Both the position numbers and the translations under genes were made by a program. The notes under the pieces were generated by a model. It had not been told where the DNA came from. It did no database searches and saw only the letters and a list, made by a program, of their open reading frames with translations. A DNA stretch of 44,382 nucleotides from a virus (Duplodnaviria; Heunggongvirae; Uroviricota; Caudoviricetes). The stretch's first letter is position 1. Each line of letters starts with the position of its first letter. The DNA lies in the IMG/VR virus record IMGVR_UViG_2740892015_000011, positions 1 to 44,382 of that record. One strand, 5' to 3'. Below, piece after piece: positions 9,658 to 18,356 of this stretch.

Positions 9658-9820
9658 CGTCTTCAGGTTTCCTAAGCTTGTTTATCCGGGATGCCTGCGC
9701 CACCCACCATTTCAGCCGGGCGCAGGTCATTCCCCACGCCCTGTCCTCAGACCAGCGGAAATAGAAGGTGACGTCAGCGGCCATTTCCTGCCAGGTTGTC
9801 AGGGCTTCCAGGTCAAAAAA
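9650..9820 (-). other. Programmed -1 frameshift slippery site (T TTT TTG, about 9814..9820) and 54-codon extension ORF of the tail assembly chaperone
   Basis: Heptamer T_TTT_TTG lies 5 codons before the chaperone stop; the -1 frame is open for 54 codons and ends at a TAA overlapping the tape measure start (ATGAGTAA). Confidence 0.6.
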
Positions 9821-10077
9821 CTGAGCAGATACTCCTCACACTTACGGAAGTCGAGAAAATCCATCGGCTGCAGTACGCTTTCACGCGTACCGGAAACCAG
9901 CGCAATAAGCAGGCGCATCGCCGCGAGCGACGTTGACGCAGCCTGTTTCTCGTAAAACTGCTCAGCCTGGCTTAGCGTGGGTGCTTTCAGCTCCAGCTGC
10001 GTATAAGTGGTCTTCTCCGCAGCATCATCCAGCGCTACGGTTAATGGAATGGTTTTAACGCGTTCAATCTCAGCCAT
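9799..10077 (-). CDS. Tail assembly chaperone (zero-frame product)
   Basis: 92 aa between tube and tape measure genes; contains the slippery site near its 3' end. Confidence 0.6.
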   Translation of the reverse strand: MAEIERVKTIPLTVALDDAAEKTTYTQLELKAPTLSQAEQFYEKQAASTSLAAMRLLIALVSGTRESVLQPMDFLDFRKCEEYLLSFLTWKP

Positions 10078-10078
10078 C

Positions 10079-10450
10079 TTAGTTCTCCGTTACGTCGCGG
10101 CCTTCCCAGCGAACATCAAATACTGCATCTTCGCTTTCCACTTCCTGGACGTTGACCGTCCAGAGTGAACGGCCAATGATAGTTTTCCCGTTAGCCAGCT
10201 CGGCGATCACGTTGACGTTCGTCTGCTGGTTAAAGCCCTGCACATTCGTTCCGCCACTGTCACGCAGTCGGGCAGAAATGTATGGCGCCACAGGTTTTTC
10301 CTTATATCCGTGCACACCATCCATCCCTGTCAGGGTGGTACGGTTTACGGTGGCAGCCTGGTATTTAAACGAGCCCTCCACCATTACCGTCACACCGTTA
10401 ACAGTGACATAGGCGGTTCCCGCCAGGCGGTTAGTAGTATCACCTGCCAT
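10079..10450 (-). CDS. Tail tube protein (Mu gpM-like)
   Basis: 123 aa, immediately downstream of the sheath gene. Confidence 0.65.
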   Translation of the reverse strand: MAGDTTNRLAGTAYVTVNGVTVMVEGSFKYQAATVNRTTLTGMDGVHGYKEKPVAPYISARLRDSGGTNVQGFNQQTNVNVIAELANGKTIIGRSLWTVNVQEVESEDAVFDVRWEGRDVTEN

Positions 10451-10453
10451 CGT

Positions 10454-11956
10454 TTAAGCTCCTGTTGATTCAGCCCGAGTGCGGAACTGATTGAGCAGCG
10501 CGAAAATGCGCAACTGGTTCATGAGGGTTCCCGGCCACAGCACATCGACGCGGTTCGGATTTTTGGCGTTCTGCTCGACGATGATATTTTTTGCGAATGC
10601 CTCCGCATCCTGCGCATAACCGTTCCATACCAGAGTCTGGTACTCGGCAATCTGATCGGCCTTGATAATGTTTGGCGTGACGATCGCCGCGCCAGGTGCA
10701 AATCGGGTTCCATCCGCAGCAAGCTTCATACGGCCAAACTTGCTGGTCACCGCTGTGCGCAGGTAGCGGGTCACAAACATCAGGCTGAACAGCGTCTCCA
10801 CTTCCAGATAACTGTCATCTGCATCGCCATAGCTGTTTTTCTGGTAGGTGGTGATCAGGTTTTCAATGCGCACCGTGCCATCGTCATCGACCGTAAATGT
10901 CGAAATGCCGCTGTACAGCAGATTGTTACGCTCGGTCAGCTCAAAGCGATCCTGCAGTTCTGGCGCAAGCACCCCCTGAACAGCGAGCGACTGTAGCGGG
11001 CGGCCGGGGTCATTACGCAGACTCACCGCAGCTGCGCCGGTGTAAGCTGCAGACCATGCCCAGGAAGGGGACGGCGATTTATTTACGCCCAGCAGGGTCT
11101 CATGCTGGTTATTGCGCAGCTCACCTTTGGTACCGAGCTGGGCGTAAGTCCCGGTGGTGGTACCAAAGGAATGGCCATAAAGCTGCTTGTCCCATGCCCA
11201 GCGACCGCCAGTGTCTGACAGGAACTCCTTCATCACATTCAACGAGGTTGTATCGTCGTAAGGGTTGATGATGAAATCGAATGTCCGATCCTGCAGGTTT
11301 GCCAGCGCGCCGGTAATATCCGGAGCCCCGACTCCGTTAGACATAGCAGTAATCGTCAGTTCCAGGCCTGCAGGTGTGGACTCGCCTCCAGGTAAGCCGA
11401 GGAAGTTCAGGCGAATGTCGATCCCATTACCCGTAGCACCAAGATTCTTCGCGGTCAGGGTTACGGTATCCGTAGTCGCACTGGCGGTTACAGGTAGCGT
11501 GGTTTTTGCGTTAATCGCCGCGGCCAGAGAGGTGGCGATCGCTGCCACCGTATCTGTTGCTACAACGGTCAACTGAATGCGCTCACCAGCAATATAAAGG
11601 GAGATCACTCCGGTTGCCGTCGGTGCGCTGCTCACTTTAATGGTGCCGGTTGCAGCCACCATGGAATCGGAGTCTTCCTCCAGCGGCAGGATCCAGACTT
11701 CGGCTGCGGTATCATTTTTCTGATACGCCGCCATCATGGCCTGCAGAATTCCCCCTTTTCCTGTCAGCTCACCGACGGTATCCGAAGAGGAAACTCGCTG
11801 CGGAATACCAGGGAGGGTTGAGCCGGTACTGAGCATCCCACCGATAAGCAGGGTGCGCTGCGTGGCAGTGGCGTTATTCGCCATTGAGTTATCAAACTCA
11901 ACGAAGAAAAGCCCTACCCGCAGGTTATCGGGAACACGAGCGAAAGGTACGGTCAT
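10454..11956 (-). CDS. Contractile tail sheath protein
   Basis: 500 aa; size and position upstream of the tube gene in a myovirus-type tail module. Confidence 0.75.
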   Translation of the reverse strand: MTVPFARVPDNLRVGLFFVEFDNSMANNATATQRTLLIGGMLSTGSTLPGIPQRVSSSDTVGELTGKGGILQAMMAAYQKNDTAAEVWILPLEEDSDSMVAATGTIKVSSAPTATGVISLYIAGERIQLTVVATDTVAAIATSLAAAINAKTTLPVTASATTDTVTLTAKNLGATGNGIDIRLNFLGLPGGESTPAGLELTITAMSNGVGAPDITGALANLQDRTFDFIINPYDDTTSLNVMKEFLSDTGGRWAWDKQLYGHSFGTTTGTYAQLGTKGELRNNQHETLLGVNKSPSPSWAWSAAYTGAAAVSLRNDPGRPLQSLAVQGVLAPELQDRFELTERNNLLYSGISTFTVDDDGTVRIENLITTYQKNSYGDADDSYLEVETLFSLMFVTRYLRTAVTSKFGRMKLAADGTRFAPGAAIVTPNIIKADQIAEYQTLVWNGYAQDAEAFAKNIIVEQNAKNPNRVDVLWPGTLMNQLRIFALLNQFRTRAESTGA

Positions 11957-12150
11957 TCATTTTCTCCCGCTTTTTTAGGTAATGATTGTTTCTCTGGCGC
12001 GCCCTCATCCTTTTTAGAGAGGATCACGTCCCCATCGCTCAGACGGCGACGCCAGAAAATATTGTCAGGTACTTCAGCACCCTCTTTAGGCAATGGGATG
12101 CCCTTGACGGGGCAGCGAACGCTGAGCCCGTTGTTCGGCTTAACAAACAT
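11953..12150 (-). CDS. Small phage protein preceding the sheath gene
   Basis: 65 aa, start/stop overlap with neighbours. Confidence 0.35.
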   Translation of the reverse strand: MFVKPNNGLSVRCPVKGIPLPKEGAEVPDNIFWRRRLSDGDVILSKKDEGAPEKQSLPKKAGENE

Positions 12151-12153
12151 GGA

Positions 12154-12699
12154 TTACTCCTGAAGATTGAGGCTGATACCCGGTTTAACTGTGCCGTCTG
12201 GCATGTCGACCGCAATATCCATGCCCTCAAGGGGAACCGACTGGACAGGATAAAAATCTTCCGGCCCCTGGTAATGCTCTATGTCGATCTCGAAAAGAAG
12301 CTGCCCCATATGGGCCTCTCCTTCTGAATCAACATTGATGGTTGAACGAACTTCCGCGTATTTCTGAATATTCCGCGTCAGTTCGTAGCTGTTGATCACC
12401 GCGCGCTCCACCTGCTCGCGAAGGCTTTCAAGCGCCAGCTCTGCCCGCATGGCTCCATCATCCACTGTATCGCCGTCATACTCCTGAACGCGCCCAGTGA
12501 TCCTGACAGTGGTGAGGGTGGTAAAAGCAGGGGTATTACGCCCCTGTGATTTTTTCTGTTCAAAAGGCGTCTGAACCAACAACACAGGATACATATCTGG
12601 TGAAGTTGACCAGTCGCGTGGAGAGAATACGCGGTCGCCCGCGCTGGTTGTCCCGGTTAGTGCAGTGACAACCATTTGCCGAATCGCTGCTGAATTCAT
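12154..12699 (-). CDS. Phage virion protein (tail completion / head-tail joining candidate)
   Basis: 181 aa between head and tail modules; assigned by position only. Confidence 0.35.
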   Translation of the reverse strand: MNSAAIRQMVVTALTGTTSAGDRVFSPRDWSTSPDMYPVLLVQTPFEQKKSQGRNTPAFTTLTTVRITGRVQEYDGDTVDDGAMRAELALESLREQVERAVINSYELTRNIQKYAEVRSTINVDSEGEAHMGQLLFEIDIEHYQGPEDFYPVQSVPLEGMDIAVDMPDGTVKPGISLNLQE

Positions 12700-13055
12700 C
12701 GCGGTTTTACCACATTGAGGACAAGACGAGATCCGCCATGACTGTCGGGTTCGACGTTTGACACAACAAATAACTGATTGATGATGTGACCACCGACCGT
12801 CTTTATAAATACCCGGTCAGATACAGCAGGTTGCGATTTACCCAGCTTGCGAAATTCAGCATCGCGCACACCCAACATCGGGCTGGAGGTGTTAATTTCT
12901 GAATCGCCATCAAGGTTTTCAGCAACCTGCGCATAACCACGGTCAAAAATCCCGTTAATTGTAAAAGGAGTACCGTTACGTGGACGGTACTCGTGCTCAT
13001 CGCCAAAGACATCATGCAGCGGACTCAGAAGATGAGAATCCCAGTCCACGCCCAT
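12696..13055 (-). CDS. Phage head-tail connector candidate
   Basis: ORF track 12696..13160; start moved to an internal Met (MGVDWDSHLL...) so it does not overlap the upstream gene. Confidence 0.3.
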   Translation of the reverse strand: MGVDWDSHLLSPLHDVFGDEHEYRPRNGTPFTINGIFDRGYAQVAENLDGDSEINTSSPMLGVRDAEFRKLGKSQPAVSDRVFIKTVGGHIINQLFVVSNVEPDSHGGSRLVLNVVKPR

Positions 13056-13059
13056 GTCA

Positions 13060-13440
13060 TTACCCTGTCGTAACTGAAACTGATGGCTGAGAAGCAAGAA
13101 CTCGCTTACGAAGCACATCAACATCAGCAATAACGCCGGACTGCAGAAGACGCTCAGCATCTTTGCCGGTTACAGGGATGCGCATATTTTCGCGGTACAT
13201 CTCCCCGTCATGACGAATGCAATTCCCTTTCAACACCACATACTCCTGCGATTCAGTGTCTCCGGATTTTTCGTCACCACCATCGTCATCAACAGACAAT
13301 TCGGCATCATCTGTTTTGCTCAAAGGCTGTTTTTCCTGGGTGTTATCGCCAGCATTCAGGTCGTCAACGCTCAGGCCGTCTTTGGCAGATCCTTCTGCAT
13401 TCAGATCATCAGCCAGCCCGGTATTAGGTTGTTTTGCCAT
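13060..13440 (-). CDS. Acidic phage protein downstream of the capsid gene (function unknown)
   Basis: ORF track 13060..13470; probable start MAKQPNTG... at 13440, just after the capsid stop. Confidence 0.3.
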   Translation of the reverse strand: MAKQPNTGLADDLNAEGSAKDGLSVDDLNAGDNTQEKQPLSKTDDAELSVDDDGGDEKSGDTESQEYVVLKGNCIRHDGEMYRENMRIPVTGKDAERLLQSGVIADVDVLRKRVLASQPSVSVTTG

Positions 13441-13441
13441 A

Positions 13442-14491
13442 TCAGACCACCGTTGCGCAGAGGGATGCATTTACCCGGCTCGGAATAACCAGCGGGGAGG
13501 ATTGCATCAGGATAAGACGCTGGGCTGGATCTTCTTTCACCCAGGATTTTGGCGCATAAGCCAGCGGACCGTAGTTGAAAGCCGGGTCCAGGATAACGCC
13601 AAAGGCGCGGGTACCCATCAGATCGGCACCACTCATAATGACAGCGCCATCGGGGATCATAGGCTTCTCGACGTTATCCAGCGGGTCAATAAACCAGTCG
13701 TTATATAACCAGAGGTCAAAGTTACCCCAGCGCCCTTTATAAATTGCGCCCTTCATTACCTGTGGGCCGGCGTTAATCTGGTTACCAAACGGGCTCAGCG
13801 CCGGGAATGTAATGGCATTATCCTTGATGGTGGTATCCAGTCGGAATGCACGCCATGACTTATTCGTAAAGACCAGATCCGTGGCGACAGAGCCGGACTC
13901 TTTCAGGAAAGTAGTCTGCCAGATTTCAATGTCATCTGATGGCTGGGTATTGGTAGCGCCAGCTGCAACGGTCAGTGGCCATTTATCCGAGCCGCTAAGA
14001 GTGATGGTCAGATCCGAAGCACGCCCGAAATCCACCACCTGAGTTTCATAGCCCTCCCCGGCGACGGTTACGGTCCCAGACACCAGCGCACTCGCCGCCA
14101 TCCATTCCAGACGACGGTTGATCATGTCAATCTGGTCAGTCATTTCAAACTGAAGGTTCAGCATTTCGCGCTCGGCAGCGGTATATTCCCCGCCAATACG
14201 CTCACCAATCTGGCGGCGGATAGGTTTGCGCAGGTCCGGCGCGCGCTTATCTTTGATGTATGCCGGTTTGAAGGTATTGGTCTGGTATTTACGGGATTCG
14301 ACCAGCTTACCTTCCACCAGCGGGGAGACGAACGGCGCCATACGACGCAGGCCGACATCAACATCAATCGCCACTTCTTCAGTCTCGTAAGTTACGACAT
14401 TCGGGAAGAAGCGATCGAGCAGCCAGTTCTGACTGGTTTTCAGGTTAGGAACAACCTGCACCAGCACGCTGGTATCAAAAATATTTTCCAT
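13442..14491 (-). CDS. Major capsid protein, lambda gpE-like
   Basis: C-terminal APKSWVKEDPAQRLILMQSSPLVIP and YKGRWGNFDLWLY resemble lambda E; probable start MENIFDTS... (ORF track extends to 14527). Confidence 0.75.
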   Translation of the reverse strand: MENIFDTSVLVQVVPNLKTSQNWLLDRFFPNVVTYETEEVAIDVDVGLRRMAPFVSPLVEGKLVESRKYQTNTFKPAYIKDKRAPDLRKPIRRQIGERIGGEYTAAEREMLNLQFEMTDQIDMINRRLEWMAASALVSGTVTVAGEGYETQVVDFGRASDLTITLSGSDKWPLTVAAGATNTQPSDDIEIWQTTFLKESGSVATDLVFTNKSWRAFRLDTTIKDNAITFPALSPFGNQINAGPQVMKGAIYKGRWGNFDLWLYNDWFIDPLDNVEKPMIPDGAVIMSGADLMGTRAFGVILDPAFNYGPLAYAPKSWVKEDPAQRLILMQSSPLVIPSRVNASLCATVV

Positions 14492-14588
14492 ATTCAGTCT
14501 CTTGATAGTGCCAGCCGCAGCTGGCAAAAAATTTAAACGAGCCAGCCCCTGCCGGTTAAAGCATTCGTCAGGAGAGCCGTGGGGGAAA

Positions 14589-14993
14589 TCAGGAGGTGGT
14601 TACAGGTGCCTGGTCACTGTCTTTCAGGAAGATAGCCAGCGGTCGGAGCGCTTTTTTCAGGTCAGCGGTCGTCCAGGAGTTATCAAAAATAATTCGGTGC
14701 TGGTTGAATTCCCCCATCAGATACAGGCCGCCGTTCTGATCGAAAGACGATGCATCAACATCATCAACCAGAATAGCAACGGGTAACTGACTGCCATCTT
14801 CAGCCGTTTTCACACATTGCGTGTATTTCCCGCTGGCAGCCACCAGGCCCAGGACAGTACCACGCTTAAAGGCACCGCCCGTAATGATCCCGGTGTCAGT
14901 CACCAGCTGGAGCGTGCCAGCGACAAGCTGATCCGGAACAAACAGCGCGCTCTTCATGCCAGGCGCAAACGCATTCTGACCAAACTGATCCAT
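14589..14993 (-). CDS. Head decoration protein, lambda gpD-like
   Basis: 134 aa between scaffold and capsid genes, the lambda D position. Confidence 0.55.
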   Translation of the reverse strand: MDQFGQNAFAPGMKSALFVPDQLVAGTLQLVTDTGIITGGAFKRGTVLGLVAASGKYTQCVKTAEDGSQLPVAILVDDVDASSFDQNGGLYLMGEFNQHRIIFDNSWTTADLKKALRPLAIFLKDSDQAPVTTS

Positions 14994-15583
14994 TATTTCT
15001 CTCCTCTTGTGGAGTTGTAGAGGCCGGTCATTTTACTTACCAGCGCAGACTTTCCGGTCTCTTTCTGTCCGCTATCCGGATTAAGCCGGACCTGGTGGCT
15101 TTCCTGCATACGCTGATCGAGAGAGCGTTTACGGGATGGCTGAGATGCGGCTGCGGCCGGAGCCGAAGAGGCTAGGACATTAATTGCTGCCGCAGAACTC
15201 ATCCCGGTATTGAAAGCCAGTGACGCGGCCAGTGAAGGATTCGCAGCTGCATGCTTACTGCCGAAAATACGGGCGCAGCGTTTACGCTCAGCAGCGCGTG
15301 CATTTTTTACCGCCTTACTCTCTTTGCGATCGTCGTCGCCGTCGTCTTCAGAATCATCATCTTCTGACGCATCCGGATCATCGCAGTCATCTTCAGCATC
15401 ATCGTCGCGTTCGTCTTCTTCCGCGTCGTCGTCGCGCTCATCATCATCGGCATCATCTTCGCGCTCATCCTCTTCCGCGCGACGGGCTTTCGCTTTTTTG
15501 GCTTTTTTATCCTCTTCTTCCTCAGAAGCGGAAGGGCCAAGACCAATGAGGTGAGCAAAACTAAACGTCTTTTTCTTTGCCAT
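14993..15583 (-). CDS. Scaffold-like acidic protein (lambda Nu3-like)
   Basis: Start MAKKKTFSF... preceded by AGGAG; long Asp/Glu repeat (DDADDDERDDDAEEDERDDDAEDD); sits between protease and decoration genes. Confidence 0.5.
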   Translation of the reverse strand: MAKKKTFSFAHLIGLGPSASEEEEDKKAKKAKARRAEEDEREDDADDDERDDDAEEDERDDDAEDDCDDPDASEDDDSEDDGDDDRKESKAVKNARAAERKRCARIFGSKHAAANPSLAASLAFNTGMSSAAAINVLASSAPAAAASQPSRKRSLDQRMQESHQVRLNPDSGQKETGKSALVSKMTGLYNSTRGEK

Positions 15584-15584
15584 T

Positions 15585-16451
15585 TCAGGCTCCTGTTTTT
15601 TCAAGTAAGTTTTTGAACGCAGCGTCAGGAGGACACACCTCATCAGCCAGTCCAATTTCAACGCCATCAGCAGCCATAAAACAGGCGGCCTGGGTACTTT
15701 TTATAACCTTTGCGCTAATCCCCCGGTTTCTGGCAACAGTGTTCACAAACAATTCGCCCATGGTGTTAATGTCCTGCTGGATGGCGGCCAGCGCTTCATC
15801 TGACAACTCTCTCAGCGGCGAACCTTCAGCCTTGCGGGATCCATAGGTGATGATCGTAACTTTAAGACCGTCATCTTTAATCCGCTGCGTCCAGTCAAGG
15901 TGCATGGTGATCACACCCACAGAACCCACTCCGCCGGTGCGCGGAACAGAAATCCGGTCCGCTGCACTGGCAATGGCATACGCAGCGGAATAAGCGCTTT
16001 CCGTCAGAATGGCATGGATAGGCTTTTTCCCCCGGGAGCCGTAAATGACATCAACCAGATCGAAGCATCCAGCGACCTCGCCGCCGGGTGAGTCGATATC
16101 CAGGCAAATGCCCGAAATGTCGGGATCTTCCATCGCAGTAAGAAACGCCTGACGAATGCCGTCATACCCTGTCATTCCACTGTACGGACGCAGACTGCCC
16201 AGTTTTTGCACCAGCGTTCCGCATATCGGGATGACGGCGACACCCAGCACATTGTCATAACCCGGATCACTACGGGATTCACGTCCCCGGTTATCGTCAT
16301 ATCCGTACCAGTCATCCTCCATGGCAAGAGAAGATTCGATTTTACTGATACCAAATCGGTCCATTACGGATGCCATGATGACTTCGGCTTTACTCGGGTG
16401 CAGCGCCAGCGGGGTGTTAAATAATCGCTGGGCCAGATGGGGTAGATTCAC
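15585..16451 (-). CDS. Head maturation protease, S49 (lambda gpC / SppA-like) family
   Basis: 288 aa, immediately after the portal gene with an ATGA overlap. Confidence 0.75.
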   Translation of the reverse strand: MNLPHLAQRLFNTPLALHPSKAEVIMASVMDRFGISKIESSLAMEDDWYGYDDNRGRESRSDPGYDNVLGVAVIPICGTLVQKLGSLRPYSGMTGYDGIRQAFLTAMEDPDISGICLDIDSPGGEVAGCFDLVDVIYGSRGKKPIHAILTESAYSAAYAIASAADRISVPRTGGVGSVGVITMHLDWTQRIKDDGLKVTIITYGSRKAEGSPLRELSDEALAAIQQDINTMGELFVNTVARNRGISAKVIKSTQAACFMAADGVEIGLADEVCPPDAAFKNLLEKTGA

Positions 16452-18085
16452 TTTTCCTCCGGATCGGTAATGGTCTGGCTCGCAAACTGGTCAGCCTGTG
16501 CCCAGCTCGGAAGCGGTAATCCGCGTTTAAGACATGACTCAATTTCTCTCTGGCGCTGATCAAGCACTTCTTCCCAGTCTTCACCGACGTTTTCACCCAC
16601 CTCAATCTCGAGGGTGGAAAGTCCGGCATCCAGACCAAGAATGGCGCCTTTTTTCTCTGCAACCGGATCCACCCAGCCGCGCCCTGGCCCCATCCAGCGC
16701 GCGCGAGAATACGCGGCTCTGGCGTCAACAAAATCAGGTGCGCCTGCGGGCAGGGGTAAATCCTCATTGTCGTGAACTTCTTCAACAAAGGCGGTGAGAA
16801 TGGGCTGAGCGAAGCCGGTAGAAAAATCGTCCCGGCGGCGAGTCAGTGTTTTCCATGCCTCCAGCAACGAGGAGCGTGCAGAACTGTAGTTAACGTCAGA
16901 CCAGTCCTGGGTGACCTGCTGTGGGGACAACCCTGTTCCTGAAGAAAAATTACGGAGAACAGCAGATTCGAAGACTTCAAAATTGCTGTAGGGCCGCGCC
17001 GCGTTAACCGTCGTGATTTTCTCACCAGGATAAAGAATGGGCATTCGGGCACCATTCTGAAGTGTCAGACGCCGATCGTTATGGAACTCAACACGCCCGT
17101 CCTGATAAGTGCCTAACTCCGACTCGTCATAGGTCTCGCCCAGGGCAGACTGAACCATCGCAGGGTCATAGGGTGACTCAATGTAAGCGGCGAATATGGC
17201 ATTAAGAATTGCTGCCTCAAGCTCACTCTGGTCATACTTCACCAGCATTTTCAGACGCTGAATAACCGGAGTCAGGATGCCGTTACCGCGGTGCTGCGCG
17301 CCACGCTCATGATCAAAATCGTGAACCACATGCGGGCGGCCCCAGTCAGTTTCACGCGGGATACGCTGCCACGTCATGGTTTTAGCCCCGCTCCACCAGT
17401 CACCGATATGGGCCTCCCTGATGTGGTAAGCAACCGGCGCACCGTCCGCATCAATTTCAACGCCACCACGGACATTTGGCATATCGAAATTCTGCTGAGG
17501 ATTACTGAGGCGGTCAGGATCGACAATCTGTACCGTGGTGGCGTAACGCCCTCTTCCGGGACCAAGCCTGTCAGTTCTGTACTGGAGAATGGCCAGAGCA
17601 TCCCCGTCAATAAGCTTGTGACGAAATCCCAGGCGCAACATCTGCGACACGGTGAGTTTTCGTTCAACATCACAATACCGGCCAGGATCGTTACTCCAGG
17701 TCCGCCAGTGCCCGTCCAGTGCTTTTCCGTACTCTTCCGCCCAGGACGCATCAAACGCCTTGTTTCCGGTGATCATTCTGAGAACACGGTAATCGGGTTT
17801 CATGATGGGGCGGAAGTTGGCACCAACCGCATTATCCAGCAGACGTGTGACCGCACCGTTTGCCCAGCCGTCATTACGGACCAGATCGCGTGCGCGGGAC
17901 ACGATGCGATCCCGGTAAATGTTAATTTCATTGTCCGGGGACCACAGCGCGGGTTGCCAGTTCGCCAGTTGATCGCTGAAAGAGTCAGCTGCGTCATAAG
18001 GTACGCGGCTCCCCCCCACCAGCATAGAGGGACGCTGCTGTCGCAACGGCTGCCCATCAGAGCCCAGTATCTGTACTTTATTCAT
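16448..18085 (-). CDS. Portal protein, lambda gpB family
   Basis: 545 aa between the gpW-like and protease genes. Confidence 0.8.
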   Translation of the reverse strand: MNKVQILGSDGQPLRQQRPSMLVGGSRVPYDAADSFSDQLANWQPALWSPDNEINIYRDRIVSRARDLVRNDGWANGAVTRLLDNAVGANFRPIMKPDYRVLRMITGNKAFDASWAEEYGKALDGHWRTWSNDPGRYCDVERKLTVSQMLRLGFRHKLIDGDALAILQYRTDRLGPGRGRYATTVQIVDPDRLSNPQQNFDMPNVRGGVEIDADGAPVAYHIREAHIGDWWSGAKTMTWQRIPRETDWGRPHVVHDFDHERGAQHRGNGILTPVIQRLKMLVKYDQSELEAAILNAIFAAYIESPYDPAMVQSALGETYDESELGTYQDGRVEFHNDRRLTLQNGARMPILYPGEKITTVNAARPYSNFEVFESAVLRNFSSGTGLSPQQVTQDWSDVNYSSARSSLLEAWKTLTRRRDDFSTGFAQPILTAFVEEVHDNEDLPLPAGAPDFVDARAAYSRARWMGPGRGWVDPVAEKKGAILGLDAGLSTLEIEVGENVGEDWEEVLDQRQREIESCLKRGLPLPSWAQADQFASQTITDPEEK

Positions 18086-18348
18086 CAGAATCTAAACCTC
18101 GCTGGTTTCCGGGGACGAGAGATAATCCCCAGTTGCGCCTGCAGAAGTTGAATCAGGGCCAGCAGATCAGCCAGGGTGCTTTGCTGATAGGACACTGATC
18201 GCGTCCCGTCTCCCTGCGTATAGGAAAACGAAACACCGTGGCTCCCGGTTGCTAAATCAATGTACGCCTGCTGAGCTTTCGCAAGCGCATCCCTGAGCTG
18301 ATCGTCAGTCATTGCGCCGGCAAGCAGGCTGGTGTTCCGGTTGAACAT
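18085..18348 (-). CDS. Head-tail joining protein, gpW-like
   Basis: 87 aa between terminase large subunit and portal, the lambda W position. Confidence 0.55.
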   Translation of the reverse strand: MFNRNTSLLAGAMTDDQLRDALAKAQQAYIDLATGSHGVSFSYTQGDGTRSVSYQQSTLADLLALIQLLQAQLGIISRPRKPARFRF

Positions 18349-18356
18349 GATTTTCC

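Noticed and set aside
15210-15558. Ser-rich and His/Arg-rich ORFs on both strands inside the scaffold gene
   Set aside because: Alternative-frame translations of the acidic repeat tract; the Asp/Glu-rich scaffold frame is the coherent one.
17291-18151. 286-aa plus-strand ORF antisense to the portal gene
   Set aside because: Entirely inside and antisense to a high-confidence portal gene; no independent support.
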